In this document: positions 30,901 through 39,897 of the stretch, in pieces
Layout of the letters: each line of letters starts with the position of its first letter
How positions within the stretch are numbered: the stretch's first letter is position 1
Assembly (NCBI RefSeq): GCF_002163755.1
Contig: NZ_CP015864.1
Location: forward strand, 1-64,000
Source of the DNA: Vibrio campbellii CAIM 519 = NBRC 15631 = ATCC 25920
GTDB taxonomy: Bacteria; Pseudomonadota; Gammaproteobacteria; Enterobacterales; Vibrionaceae
Direction of reading: 5' to 3'
Length of the DNA: 64,000 bases
Translations under genes and position numbers: made by a program
The notes under the pieces: model-generated
Database searches by the model: none
Told to the model about the DNA's origin: nothing
Seen by the model: only the letters and a program-made list of their open reading frames with translations

Positions 30901-32769
30901 TACAGCCAAACCGCGCGCTCGAAGGCCATCTTGTGGCTATTAGAGCAAGATGCTGACCAAATAGATCATTATCAACAACAGGCGCAAAACGCGAAGTTAT
31001 TGCGAGAGCATTTAAATGCATCGCAAGCGTATCAAGAGCTGCAAAAACAACTGGTTGATTCCCTAAATGATGATCAACATGAAGCCGCTGACTACCTTGC
31101 GCAGCTATTGAGTGAGCAAGATTGGCAAATCGAAGTGAGTCAGGATTCCCTTTCTCTCTGCGAAGATTATTTGCAATTTAGACGCAGTTTGGGCTGGCAA
31201 CCTCAACCGCTCAGTTTTACCGAGTCATTTAACGATCATCATCAGTGGTTAAGTGCGTACACTGCGAAAAAGCAATACGGTCAGGCATTCGTATGCGAAG
31301 CGGCGACGGTGGCAGTGGTGAATACCTTGTCTGAGAAAAGGCTAGCCAGTGTCGACTTTTCATTGGTGTGTCATGTCGAAGGGTTACTGGGAGAGCACAC
31401 CCTAATTAGCAAAGGCAGTTTAGAGCTCGTATTGGATGACTTTATTCAAAGAAACGAACATCACCGAAGCTCTGTGGTTCCGAGCTTTGAAGCTTATCTA
31501 TCCCAGCGCACCCAGTTGTTGAGTTCTGCAAAGGAAGATTTCCGTCTTAGTGAGTTTAAACCTCGCCCATTAACGTCATTTGTACGCAACAAGCTGATCA
31601 GTGAGAGTTACTTACCTCTTATTGGCGACAACTTTGCTAAGCAAATGGGTACGTTAGGCGATAAAAAACGTACTGACTTGATGGGGATGCTACTTCTTAT
31701 CTCTCCGCCTGGTTATGGTAAAACGACGTTAATTGAGTATGTTGCACACAAATTAGGTTTGGTGTTCATGAAGATCAATGGCCCATCCATCGGTCATCAA
31801 GCGACATCCCTCGACCCCGCTGACGCCCCTGATCAAAATGCGGCTCGCGAAATTGAGAAAATTAACCTCGCTTTCGAGATGGGCAACAACGTGTTGCTTT
31901 ACTTGGATGATATTCAACATACCCATCCCGAATTCTTACAGAAATTCATCTCACTCTGTGATGGCACGCGTCGCATAGAAGGCACTTGGAAAGGGAAAAC
32001 GAAAACCTACGACATGCGCGGCAAAAAGTTTGCTGTCGTGATGGCGGGTAACCCGTACACAGAGAGTGGCGAAGCATTCAGAATCCCAGATATGTTGGCT
32101 AACCGTGCGGACATCTACAACCTCGGTGATATGCTCTCTGACCAGAAATCGATCTTCGATTTAAGCTTTATCGAAAACTCGCTCACCTCCAACAACGTGC
32201 TTGCGCCTTTAGCAACGCGAGACCTGAATGATTTGTACCGCTTTGTCAGAATGGCAGAGGGAGAAAGCATCGCGCTGAGTGAGATGAGCCATTCTTATTC
32301 TGCGATCGAATCGGGCGAGATCGTGACAACCTTGCAAAAACTGATCATGGCGCAGCAAATTGTCTTGAAGGTGAATCAGCAGTACATCAAGTCAGCCGCA
32401 ACCGCGGATCAGTATCGTGTCGAACCTCCGTTCAAGCTGCAAGGCTCGTATCGAAACATGAATAAACTGGCGGAGAAAATCTCGTCAGTGATGACTGACC
32501 AAGAGATGCATACGCTGCTTCAAGATCACTATCAGGGTGAAGCACAAACGCTGGCCGCGGGTACTGAGGAAAACCTACTCAAGCTTGCAGAGCTGCGTGG
32601 TGACATGACGGATGAACAGCAAGCACGTTGGTCTGAAATCAAAGAAGGGTATCAGCGTCAGCAAATGATGGGTGATTCCGAAGACCGAGCAGGACAGGTT
32701 GTGCAGCAACTTGCTATGTTGAATCAGCATGTTGCTCGATTTGGTCGTCATGATCAGGAGGGGAGCTAA
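27907..32769 (+). CDS. 1620-aa protein: N-terminal beta-rich domain, ~600-aa coiled-coil, C-terminal MoxR-type AAA+ ATPase
   Basis: Single uninterrupted ORF. Walker A SPPGYGKTT at nt 31711-31731. Walker B LLYLDDIQH at nt 31903-31920. Sensor-1 and helix-2-insert-like segment AVVMAGNPYTESGEAFRIPDMLANRAD. Heptad-rich region roughly aa 440-1050. Confidence 0.6.
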   Translation: MSDMTQKAVSDAGAYDVLKTRLLQQGSQLKSLSQSFNQQRQETFGGQDFKLIGKVNVQTDAKCIPIDMAQVNQHLLFGYHVQVGMKATPSLDDVFGLYHLHENEGTFRVEPLPLESSFLSDSRFTHELTELFTYYRDAKLSQISRQESTLYIAFQIGMRPEDRKVFRFQINAHSIEYIDSLGQNALTSVPQHDFDWIPTTRDDHVLGDHPHVSIQDKLFVECVGGDLTIKVEDNTKDGKGIYREDVEDPHQSVADAHIDYAFVGDLIALRVKPNREKHARYFLYNSVTQSVVRADALGGSAKTLPEDHGVLYANGYVLSNGEDKQFAFDADQLKFFQQITSPNGEDILYIFFNAVEGYYIAYTYNLIEKKFEAPMESHGYSLYPDGRWLVFQLSENEEASTIHPMRIWDTPFSTPEHYAKVNAQTQGSSPLFNLGNTELVRALSSVLSICQLAQSEEVTQAAYEVLIKQCRSTLDHYTWLNHDYACGIGSAINDLMGTTDKIIDEFAKVQQLQKHASSSLDEQKSAVSELIGKIKLAPKEQANTLLSLLSEVKGQVGVTMSLRQQHYIDEVQVDRLLEELQAQRESLNLHLLTLLQDEKAYVPFKKQIQKIELQLEEVTKTAEIQKLNEEVETLRHELQIVTEEVTDIETEDPTQATRILDLTTEVTSLLNTVSAKLRAKSQSLQSEEAQAEFSAQFKLLSQSVSSAMEQALTPDDCDTQLAKLVGQLDKLESRFADFDQFLSEIYSKRDEIQSTLDNHKQQLIAGQQRRVQNLLQAANVTMSSIEKRVERFDDVAGLNSYFATDAMVLKLQQLSQTIRELGDSVKADSVDSKLKSLQDQSLRALRDNQDIFEKGGTVLRLGKHRFSVNQQPLDLSLVDQSGELALHISGTDFYQAVEDKAFLDLQTVSRLDVASESEEVYRAEYLAYLILHQASINQDGQSLDKLYDALRENKLNELVQRFAAPRYREGYVKGIHDHDAVNILRKVLPVYQQAGLLRYSQTARSKAILWLLEQDADQIDHYQQQAQNAKLLREHLNASQAYQELQKQLVDSLNDDQHEAADYLAQLLSEQDWQIEVSQDSLSLCEDYLQFRRSLGWQPQPLSFTESFNDHHQWLSAYTAKKQYGQAFVCEAATVAVVNTLSEKRLASVDFSLVCHVEGLLGEHTLISKGSLELVLDDFIQRNEHHRSSVVPSFEAYLSQRTQLLSSAKEDFRLSEFKPRPLTSFVRNKLISESYLPLIGDNFAKQMGTLGDKKRTDLMGMLLLISPPGYGKTTLIEYVAHKLGLVFMKINGPSIGHQATSLDPADAPDQNAAREIEKINLAFEMGNNVLLYLDDIQHTHPEFLQKFISLCDGTRRIEGTWKGKTKTYDMRGKKFAVVMAGNPYTESGEAFRIPDMLANRADIYNLGDMLSDQKSIFDLSFIENSLTSNNVLAPLATRDLNDLYRFVRMAEGESIALSEMSHSYSAIESGEIVTTLQKLIMAQQIVLKVNQQYIKSAATADQYRVEPPFKLQGSYRNMNKLAEKISSVMTDQEMHTLLQDHYQGEAQTLAAGTEENLLKLAELRGDMTDEQQARWSEIKEGYQRQQMMGDSEDRAGQVVQQLAMLNQHVARFGRHDQEGS

Positions 32770-33474
32770 ATGGATCGACAGAAATGGTCAGCGTGGCTAG
32801 AGGCTTCGATACAAGATTATCGCCTAGATGATAGTGAGCGAAGAGAGCTCCAATCAGAGCTGCAGGACTCGGTATTAAGTCATGAAGACCGCTCCTACCT
32901 GCGTAATATGAGCTTTAAGCTCGTGCAGCAAGAAATCCAAAATCAAGGTGATGCAGCCGCTTTAGTTCGTTGGTTGGAGCGCGTGGTCAAGGTTTTAGAC
33001 AATGTCATGAGTCAGAACTCGGCAGACACCGCGTCGAGCTGGTTTTCTCCGGGTAGAGCGTGTGCGTCCGGCATCATTGAACAGCTGAAGCTGGCTCGTC
33101 ACTCGGTGGACATTTGTGTTTTCACTATCGCGGATAACGACTTAACCGATCAGATCCTCGCCGCGCATAAAAGAGGCGTGGCGGTCCGAATCGTGACCGA
33201 CAACGACAAGATGTACGATAAAGGCAGTGATGTTGAATACCTTGCAGCACAGGGCGTGGCGGTCAAAATTGATACGACTCGATACCATATGCACCATAAG
33301 TTCGCGATCTTCGACCAACAGAGGTTGATCAATGGCAGCTTTAACTGGACACGCAGCGCTTCTAAATACAATCAGGAAGATATCACGCTTACCGACGACC
33401 GCAGGTTTGTTTCTGCGTTCTTAAGACAATTTGAAACGCTATGGCAGAAGTTTCCTTGCCATAAGCCGTCATAA
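32770..33474 (+). CDS. Phospholipase-D-family single-HKD protein (Nuc-like nuclease/phospholipase) with an ~85-aa N-terminal extension
   Basis: HKD motif HMHHKFAIFDQQRLINGSFNWTRSA at nt ~33287-33360. Its ATG directly abuts the TAA of the upstream giant ORF (TAAATG). Confidence 0.7.
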   Translation: MDRQKWSAWLEASIQDYRLDDSERRELQSELQDSVLSHEDRSYLRNMSFKLVQQEIQNQGDAAALVRWLERVVKVLDNVMSQNSADTASSWFSPGRACASGIIEQLKLARHSVDICVFTIADNDLTDQILAAHKRGVAVRIVTDNDKMYDKGSDVEYLAAQGVAVKIDTTRYHMHHKFAIFDQQRLINGSFNWTRSASKYNQEDITLTDDRRFVSAFLRQFETLWQKFPCHKPS

Positions 33475-33489
33475 ATATAGGGAGATCCC

Positions 33490-34548
33490 ATGACCGAATT
33501 GATGAATTCTGAACATCAGGTACTTGAGGTGGACGCTACTCCTCAAATCGTCGCACTCGCAGAGCAATTTGATGCGTTTGATAGCGTAGCGACGATCACT
33601 TTTGGTAAAGAGGCGCTGGAAAAAATCACCGCTTTCTCTGACGAAGTGTTAGAGCAAGTTCGTGTTCGCGACAGTGGTGAAGCGGGCGATATTTTGCATG
33701 CAATGGTATCGTCCATGGACAGCGCTGAATTTTCAAATTTGGGCAAAACCAGCTTGTTATCGAGGCTTCCTTTAGTCGGTGAGCTTTTTGATTCTTTCAA
33801 AAAATTCTCGGCAAGTTTTGATTCAGTGAAAAGCCAATTGGAACAGCTTTCAGGACGTTTAGAAGCACAAGAGATGAAGTTGGCTCATGATATTAGCCAG
33901 CTCGATACGCTCTATGACCATAATTTAGAGTTGCTCGGCGGATTAGAGCAGTACATCGCCGCTGGTAAGTACAAGTTAAACCAGCTTACGCAAAATGTAT
34001 TACCAAGCTTACTGGCACAATCTGAGCAAAGTGGTGATGCGTTAGATGCCCAGAGATACCGTGATGCGACTCAAGCCGTTGCGCGTTTAGAAAAGCGCGT
34101 GCATAACCTTGAGCTCACTCGCCTTGCTGCTATCCAAACCGCACCTCAGATTCGATTGTCTCAAGAAGGCAATAAAATGCTGATGGAAGACATTCAAGAT
34201 ATCGTGCACAACACTTTCCCATTGTGGAAGCGCCAATTCTTGATTGCGATTTCCAATTATGAAAAAGAGAAAGCGTTGAAGGTAACGCGTGCGGTGAAGG
34301 ATTACACCAATAAGCAATATGTGCAAAACGCAGAGAAACTTAAGGCGTTAGAAGAACAAATTGCAGAAAACTACCAGCGTGGCATTCTCGATCTCGATTC
34401 TCTAGAGACCGTGAATCAACTGACGATAGAAACGTTGAACAATACGCTATCGCGAGTGAAGGAAGGCAGAGCGCAACGCGAGCAGGCTCAGCAAGTGATT
34501 GAGCGAGCAGAAGCAGAACTTAAACAAGCGCTTGAGCAAACCTTGTAA
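33490..34548 (+). CDS. TelA-family (toxic anion resistance / KlaB / YceH-like) protein
   Basis: Alpha-helical 352-aa protein. Segments ITFGKEALEKITAFSDEVL ... FDSVKSQLEQL ... LEQYIAAGKYKL parallel B. subtilis YceH/TelA. GGGAGA RBS 7 nt upstream. Confidence 0.65.
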   Translation: MTELMNSEHQVLEVDATPQIVALAEQFDAFDSVATITFGKEALEKITAFSDEVLEQVRVRDSGEAGDILHAMVSSMDSAEFSNLGKTSLLSRLPLVGELFDSFKKFSASFDSVKSQLEQLSGRLEAQEMKLAHDISQLDTLYDHNLELLGGLEQYIAAGKYKLNQLTQNVLPSLLAQSEQSGDALDAQRYRDATQAVARLEKRVHNLELTRLAAIQTAPQIRLSQEGNKMLMEDIQDIVHNTFPLWKRQFLIAISNYEKEKALKVTRAVKDYTNKQYVQNAEKLKALEEQIAENYQRGILDLDSLETVNQLTIETLNNTLSRVKEGRAQREQAQQVIERAEAELKQALEQTL

Positions 34549-34688
34549 GGTGAACCATCAAGAAACCACTCCCTCACTCATTTTTTATCTACTTTTAACG
34601 AGTAATAGAAAATAGGGAGTGATTTTTTGGTAAAAGAGACAGCGTGGCTTTATCCCGAACTTAAGCGACTGCGGTGATTGCGCTTACA

Positions 34689-34829
34689 TGTGACCAGAAC
34701 CGTGGAACATGCCACCGAACATTCCGCCAAATATCATCCCTAAAATGCTGAAGATGATCCCCAGAATGATCATCGCAGGAATTGAAGCGATAGCGAACTT
34801 GACCATAAAGATCACCATCGACATAAATG
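34689..34829 (-). CDS. Unannotated 46-aa glycine-zipper membrane peptide
   Basis: Reads MSMVIFMVKFAIASIPAMIILGIIFSILGMIFGGMFGGMFHGSGHM. Not in the ORF track. Confidence 0.3.
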
Positions 34830-35064
34830 GCATTTTAATATCAACAACCGTCACTTCTTATTTTGAATTTTCATCAGACACGAGCGTTCTCCTAAATTTG
34901 CATTCTGAATATGCAGCCAGTTTAATACACCTAAACACAAGAAAACGTTGAACTACTTTGCGCTTTTCTCTTTATGGGATAACAACTGATTAATTTGGGA
35001 AATACGGCACGCTATGAATCGCTATCAGAAGCGGATAAAACCTTTTCAGAAGCGGGTAAACCCT

Positions 35065-36156
35065 TCAACCAAGCGCCGGATAATCGGTATAGCCGTGTTC
35101 ATTACCACCAAAAAGCGTAGAGCCATCCAGTTCAGCCAGAGGTTGTTGGTGCTGTAAGCGCGCCACCAAATCTGGGTTAGAAACAAACGGGCGTCCAAAC
35201 GCGACTAAATCCGCATAACCTTTCTCAAGTACCTCGTCAGCACGCTCTTGGGTGTAACTGCCCGCGACGATAATCGTGTTGGTGAAGTATTCGCGCAGCT
35301 CGATACGGAAGCTTTCTGGAATCACCGGAGCGTCGTCCCAATCTGCTTCAGACAGGTGCAAGTACGCAATATCAAGAGCTTGAAGCTGTTTCGATGCATC
35401 GAGGATGGTTGGCACAATGTCTGGGCAGTTCATGTCCTTGAAAGTGATGAATGGTGCGAGTCGTACTCCCACTTTGTTGGCACCGATGGCTTCGCTCACC
35501 GCATCGACCACTTCTAATAAAAAGCGAAGTCGGTTTTCGCGAGTACCGCCGTAGCTGTCGGTTCTTTGGTTTGAATTGGTACGCAGGAACTGGTCAATCA
35601 GGTAACCATTCCCGCCGTGGATTTCGACGCCATCAAAGCCTGATTCCATCGCACGTTTCGCTGCGTGGGCAAAATCCCTTACCACACGGTCAATATCGGC
35701 TTGAGTCATCGCTCGTGGCTCTACACAATCGACCATGTTGCCGTTGCCTTGCTCGTCGGCAATCCACACTTGGGTTTCTACTGGTTTTAGTGCGGATGGG
35801 GCAATAGGCTGTTCCCCTTTTTGGAATCTCGGGTGTGATACACGGCCAACATGCCATAACTGACAAAATATAGCAGCGCCTTGCTCTTTTGCTGCTTGAG
35901 TGACGGTTTTCCAGCCAGCCACTTGTTCATCAGTGTAGACGCCTGGTGTGAACGAGTAACCTTGCGAATCTTCTGAAATCTGGGTGGCTTCAGAGATGAT
36001 TAACCCTGCGGTAGCGCGCTGCTTGTAGTAAGTCGCCATCATTTGGTTTGGAATGTTGCCCGGTTGGCTAGTGCGCGCTCGGGTCATTGGTGCCATGACT
36101 ACGCGGTTTTGTAGAGTCAGTAGTTTCAGCTGTGCTGGTTCAAATAGTTTGCTCAT
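35065..36156 (-). CDS. nemA: Old Yellow Enzyme-family NADH:flavin oxidoreductase (N-ethylmaleimide reductase-like)
   Basis: N-terminus LFEPAQLKLLTLQNRVVMAPMTRAR and the TIM-barrel OYE motifs. 363 aa. Confidence 0.8.
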   Translation of the reverse strand: MSKLFEPAQLKLLTLQNRVVMAPMTRARTSQPGNIPNQMMATYYKQRATAGLIISEATQISEDSQGYSFTPGVYTDEQVAGWKTVTQAAKEQGAAIFCQLWHVGRVSHPRFQKGEQPIAPSALKPVETQVWIADEQGNGNMVDCVEPRAMTQADIDRVVRDFAHAAKRAMESGFDGVEIHGGNGYLIDQFLRTNSNQRTDSYGGTRENRLRFLLEVVDAVSEAIGANKVGVRLAPFITFKDMNCPDIVPTILDASKQLQALDIAYLHLSEADWDDAPVIPESFRIELREYFTNTIIVAGSYTQERADEVLEKGYADLVAFGRPFVSNPDLVARLQHQQPLAELDGSTLFGGNEHGYTDYPALG

Positions 36157-36275
36157 TATCTTTTATCCAGTCGTATTTGATGGACTCAGTATATTAGGTA
36201 GAAGAAATTTGATAATTGGGTAATATTTGAATTTATTATTCAGATCAGTCGAATAATGAGGCTTTAGGAGAGAAT

Positions 36276-37199
36276 GTGGACAAGTTTTCGGATATGTCGC
36301 TGTTTGTCAGCATAGTGAAGAACCAAGGGCTGGCGGCGGCTGGCAGAGAGCTCGGCTTATCGCCAGCAACAGTAACGGCAAGATTGCAGTCGCTGGAAGA
36401 CCGTTATGGGGTGAAATTACTTAATCGCAGTACAAGGCATATCTCACTGACGGACTCTGGCGCTATGTACCATCAGGCGTGTCTGGAAATCATCGACAGC
36501 GTTAAAGAGATGGAGAACTTACTCCAAACTGGCACCAAAGAAGTGCGCGGCACACTTAAAATCTCGGCTCCTCGTGATATTGGTAAGCAATATATTTCAC
36601 CAATACTGTCGGAATTTAGTCAGCTCCATCCCGATGTGATCCCTTACCTGTATTTGAACGATAATCTATCCAACTTGGCGGAGTCCGGTTTGGATATTGT
36701 TATCCGATATGGGGAGCTAGCCGACAGTAACCTTATCTCTCGCAAACTGGCGTCCAGTCGCCGAGTGCTTTGCGCTTCTCCTCAGTATTTGGCAAAGAAA
36801 GGCACGCCGATCACGCCACAAGATTTAGCACAGCACGATTGTTTAGCCATGGTCCGCAGCAATGAAGAGTTGAAAACATGGCACTTTCAAGATGAAGAGC
36901 AGCACAACGTTGTTACTGTCGTACCGAAGCGGTTTTCTGATGATGGCGAAGTGATTCGTCAATGGACGTTAGATGGCGCAGGTATTGCGTTGAAATCGAT
37001 TCTCGATGTGCAAGAAGACATTAAACAGCAGCGTTTAGTGACGGTGTTAAATGGCTATATGAAGAACTTCAACGCCTCAACTTCTTCTGCAGGCGCAGAT
37101 TTGAACGTGATTTACCTGAGCCGCCAGTATCAACCCAAGCGACTTCGTTTGTTTTTGAACTTCTTGATTGAGCGTTTTCATAGCCAGTTTCCGGAGTAA
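36276..37199 (+). CDS. LysR-family transcriptional regulator (divergent from the OYE gene)
   Basis: LysR HTH at the N-terminus. GTG start with an AGGAGA RBS. Confidence 0.8.
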   Translation: MDKFSDMSLFVSIVKNQGLAAAGRELGLSPATVTARLQSLEDRYGVKLLNRSTRHISLTDSGAMYHQACLEIIDSVKEMENLLQTGTKEVRGTLKISAPRDIGKQYISPILSEFSQLHPDVIPYLYLNDNLSNLAESGLDIVIRYGELADSNLISRKLASSRRVLCASPQYLAKKGTPITPQDLAQHDCLAMVRSNEELKTWHFQDEEQHNVVTVVPKRFSDDGEVIRQWTLDGAGIALKSILDVQEDIKQQRLVTVLNGYMKNFNASTSSAGADLNVIYLSRQYQPKRLRLFLNFLIERFHSQFPE

Positions 37200-37206
37200 G
37201 CAAGGC

Positions 37207-37749
37207 TTAGACGGCAACCTGCAATTGAGGCCATGTGATTAGCCAGTTTTTGGATTCTACCCGAGATTGAAACAGCGTTAATGTTCGCTTGGGATTGTAA
37301 GTAATCTGACTTTCAAACAAAGACTCAATCCCGAACGCTGAAATGCACTCTATCTGGTTTTTTCCGTTCAATCTGGCAGCGACCGCTGTCTCTTTTTCTG
37401 GCCAGTAACTCATCGCATCTAAGGTACTTTGGTATGGCTCATCACCATTCCTTAGGTGCATGTTTGCTTGATTGCGAACTTGCCAGTTGAGCTCTGGCAT
37501 TAGGGCGTTTAGTTGAGCTTCGTATTTGAGGTAGGCTTGTTCGTCCAACTCATTCAGATCGAAATAAACCACATCAAGATCGTTTAATGGTGTTGGATTA
37601 TTCTTTTGATGAAGGTGGTCCCACACTAGGTTTCGTACAAAGCCCGCAGCAATATAACAATCTGGTAAATCTAGCGAGCGGACGCATTGCAATGCTTGAA
37701 TGCGACGTGGATCTTCTGCCAGTAACTGAGCAAGTTTATCTTCAAGCAT
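37207..37749 (-). CDS. Nucleotidyltransferase-family protein (DUF925-like)
   Basis: CYIAAGFVRNLVWDHLH and DLDVVYFD motifs of minimal nucleotidyltransferases. Confidence 0.45.
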   Translation of the reverse strand: MLEDKLAQLLAEDPRRIQALQCVRSLDLPDCYIAAGFVRNLVWDHLHQKNNPTPLNDLDVVYFDLNELDEQAYLKYEAQLNALMPELNWQVRNQANMHLRNGDEPYQSTLDAMSYWPEKETAVAARLNGKNQIECISAFGIESLFESQITYNPKRTLTLFQSRVESKNWLITWPQLQVAV

Positions 37750-37751
37750 CG

Positions 37752-38135
37752 TTATTGTTTCGCTGGTGGTAGTTCAATGCCTAGTTCATCGCGTTTTCGC
37801 TTACTCAAACCAAGTGCAACTAATCGATAAGATTCTGATAAATAGTACTTTAGCTCTTCGTCTAGGCGTCCTGAGGTTTCCGTTTGCTGAATCCATTTCA
37901 TACCTCGGTTTGCGAAATAAGGGGCAGGAATGTAGCCCTCATAATCACTTAAAAAGTCGAAGTTTAAAGGAGAAGTTTTAAACGTAAATGCCGGCTGCTT
38001 TTCTTTACTCCAACCGCCAATGGCAAATACCTTTCCACCGACTTTCCAAACGTGCGCATCACCCCATTGAACAACATGAGAAGTAGCAGCGAATGAGCCA
38101 CAGAATTGATTAAATTCATCGTATGTCATGGTCAA
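37752..38135 (-). CDS. MmcQ/YjbR-family protein
   Basis: 127 aa. Matches the YjbR fold signature (WGDAHVWKVGGKVFAIGG). Confidence 0.65.
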   Translation of the reverse strand: MTMTYDEFNQFCGSFAATSHVVQWGDAHVWKVGGKVFAIGGWSKEKQPAFTFKTSPLNFDFLSDYEGYIPAPYFANRGMKWIQQTETSGRLDEELKYYLSESYRLVALGLSKRKRDELGIELPPAKQ

Positions 38136-38561
38136 CCTTAACTTATGAGAATTACGGTGTTGGTTAGGTTAGCACAGGTTGATTGGTCTTGATGTATCAC
38201 GATTCATTGTAAAGCTTTAAAGGTTGGATTCTGTCTGAACTTTTTGCTTTAACTCAGGTAGAGTGAAATTTAAATAATTTTACGTTATAGATAATTTGAG
38301 TAATGTGAGCTTTTCTCCTCGTAGGATTGGACTCCTATATCCTTTCTTACGTGATTGCTGAGGTCGTTAATGTAATACCTATCAATATTGATTTTTTTAA
38401 TTAAATTCAATTCATTCAATAGTATAGATTCTATTTTTCGAGTTTTTAACAATATGTTCTTCAATTGAATTTCCTTGTTCGACCATTTGATGTCAGTATT
38501 ATCGAACCAACAAAGCTCCATTACGAACAACGATTTATTACAAGTATTATAAGTAGAGATT

Positions 38562-39455
38562 ATGGACAATAGACTTCGCTATCTTTCAGCGCTTCATTAC
38601 TTTGAATCTGCTGCTCGACTAAAAAGTTACAGCAAAGCGGCTGAGGAGCTTTGCATCACTCAGGCTGCGATAAGCCAAAAGTTGAGGCAGTTAGAACAGC
38701 GTTTGAGTTGCAAGCTGTTCATTCGACGTGGACGTGAAATGCATCTGACGGATAAAGGGCAAATTCTTCATCAACACGTTAATGATGGCTTCAAAAACAT
38801 CATTACAGGTCTAAATCGTATTCAAAACGAACCGGTAGAAGGCGTGTTGAATGTGAGTGCTCCACGTTCTTTTTCCACTCGTTGGCTTATGCCAAGGTTA
38901 TGGAAATTTACAATGGAGTACCCACACATTCCTATCCGAATGCAAAACCTCCAGACCATGGACATCAGGCACACTGAAACCGATGTACTTATTTGGCAAG
39001 GTGATGGAGATGCAACCGAATTAGGGTTGGAGCAAGTGACGTTATTTGAAGAAGAAATCTATCCTTACTGCTCTCCGCAACTTGCTGAATCAATAAAGTT
39101 TACCCATCCTGAACAGTTACAACGTTGTTGGCTGATTGACTTCCACTCAGAGGCATTCAATTGGGATCAGTGGTTTAAAGCTGCCAACGTTGATACTCAA
39201 AAAGACAGACTTCAGTGGATGGAGGTTGGCACCTTTGATATGGGAATCAATGCTGTGGTAGCTGGTCACGGGGCGTGCTTAGCAACAGATAGTGTTTGTG
39301 CCGACTTTATTGAAAGAGGTATGCTAGTGAAACCTTTTGATATTGGTTTAAAGCCAGGTGTTCGTTACTCGGTAATTGATGACCCATCTTCTTCGCGCTC
39401 TTTGCGTATCAGTGCGTTTAAAGCGTGGCTAATGAAAGAGCTTTCTTTTAAGTAA
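38562..39455 (+). CDS. LysR-family transcriptional regulator
   Basis: N-terminal HTH (LRYLSALHYFESAARLKSYSKAAEELCITQAAISQKLRQLE). Confidence 0.8.
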   Translation: MDNRLRYLSALHYFESAARLKSYSKAAEELCITQAAISQKLRQLEQRLSCKLFIRRGREMHLTDKGQILHQHVNDGFKNIITGLNRIQNEPVEGVLNVSAPRSFSTRWLMPRLWKFTMEYPHIPIRMQNLQTMDIRHTETDVLIWQGDGDATELGLEQVTLFEEEIYPYCSPQLAESIKFTHPEQLQRCWLIDFHSEAFNWDQWFKAANVDTQKDRLQWMEVGTFDMGINAVVAGHGACLATDSVCADFIERGMLVKPFDIGLKPGVRYSVIDDPSSSRSLRISAFKAWLMKELSFK

Positions 39456-39897
39456 TCATCAACTTTTGAATTCAAATTTAAGCCGTAGAGACCTGTATGC
39501 TGAGATAGCTATGTAACCAAAAAATATTGTTATTCAAAGTTGAATGTTCAACAGGTTCAAAAATTAGGGGGGCTTAGGTGTCACATAAAAAAGACACACA
39601 TCTGTGTGAAGTTGGCAAGTGTCTATTTGAGAGCTTCTGTTCATTTTTTGTTGGGTTAAATCACATACTGACACATTCAAAATCGGTACATGACCGATGA
39701 AATAACCATATAAAAAGTCATATTTTTGGTGTCACAGATGATTGGCGTATTTTTCCCTAATAAATGCCTAGTCTAACGTGCAAATTATCTGTTAATTCAT
39801 CACGGTGATGAACGTCATATAACTTGATACAGTTTGGCCAATTTAGCGTCTGTGGGGGTGTTTACACACTTCTTCACTGTCATAAGAGCCGAATGGT

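Noticed and set aside
35248-35807. Plus-strand ORFs (89 and 118 aa) inside the OYE reductase gene
   Set aside because: Antisense to a conserved gene. Arg-rich translation typical of the wrong frame.
38285-38569. 94-aa minus-strand ORF in the AT-rich spacer between the yjbR-like and LysR genes
   Set aside because: Extremely AT-rich, Asn/Ile/Lys-heavy translation with no RBS. It reads as an intergenic promoter region, not a gene.
39590-39640. Inverted repeat CACACAtcTGTGTG upstream of vgrG as a regulator binding site
   Set aside because: It is short, and simple-sequence palindromes of this kind occur by chance. Noted but not supported further.
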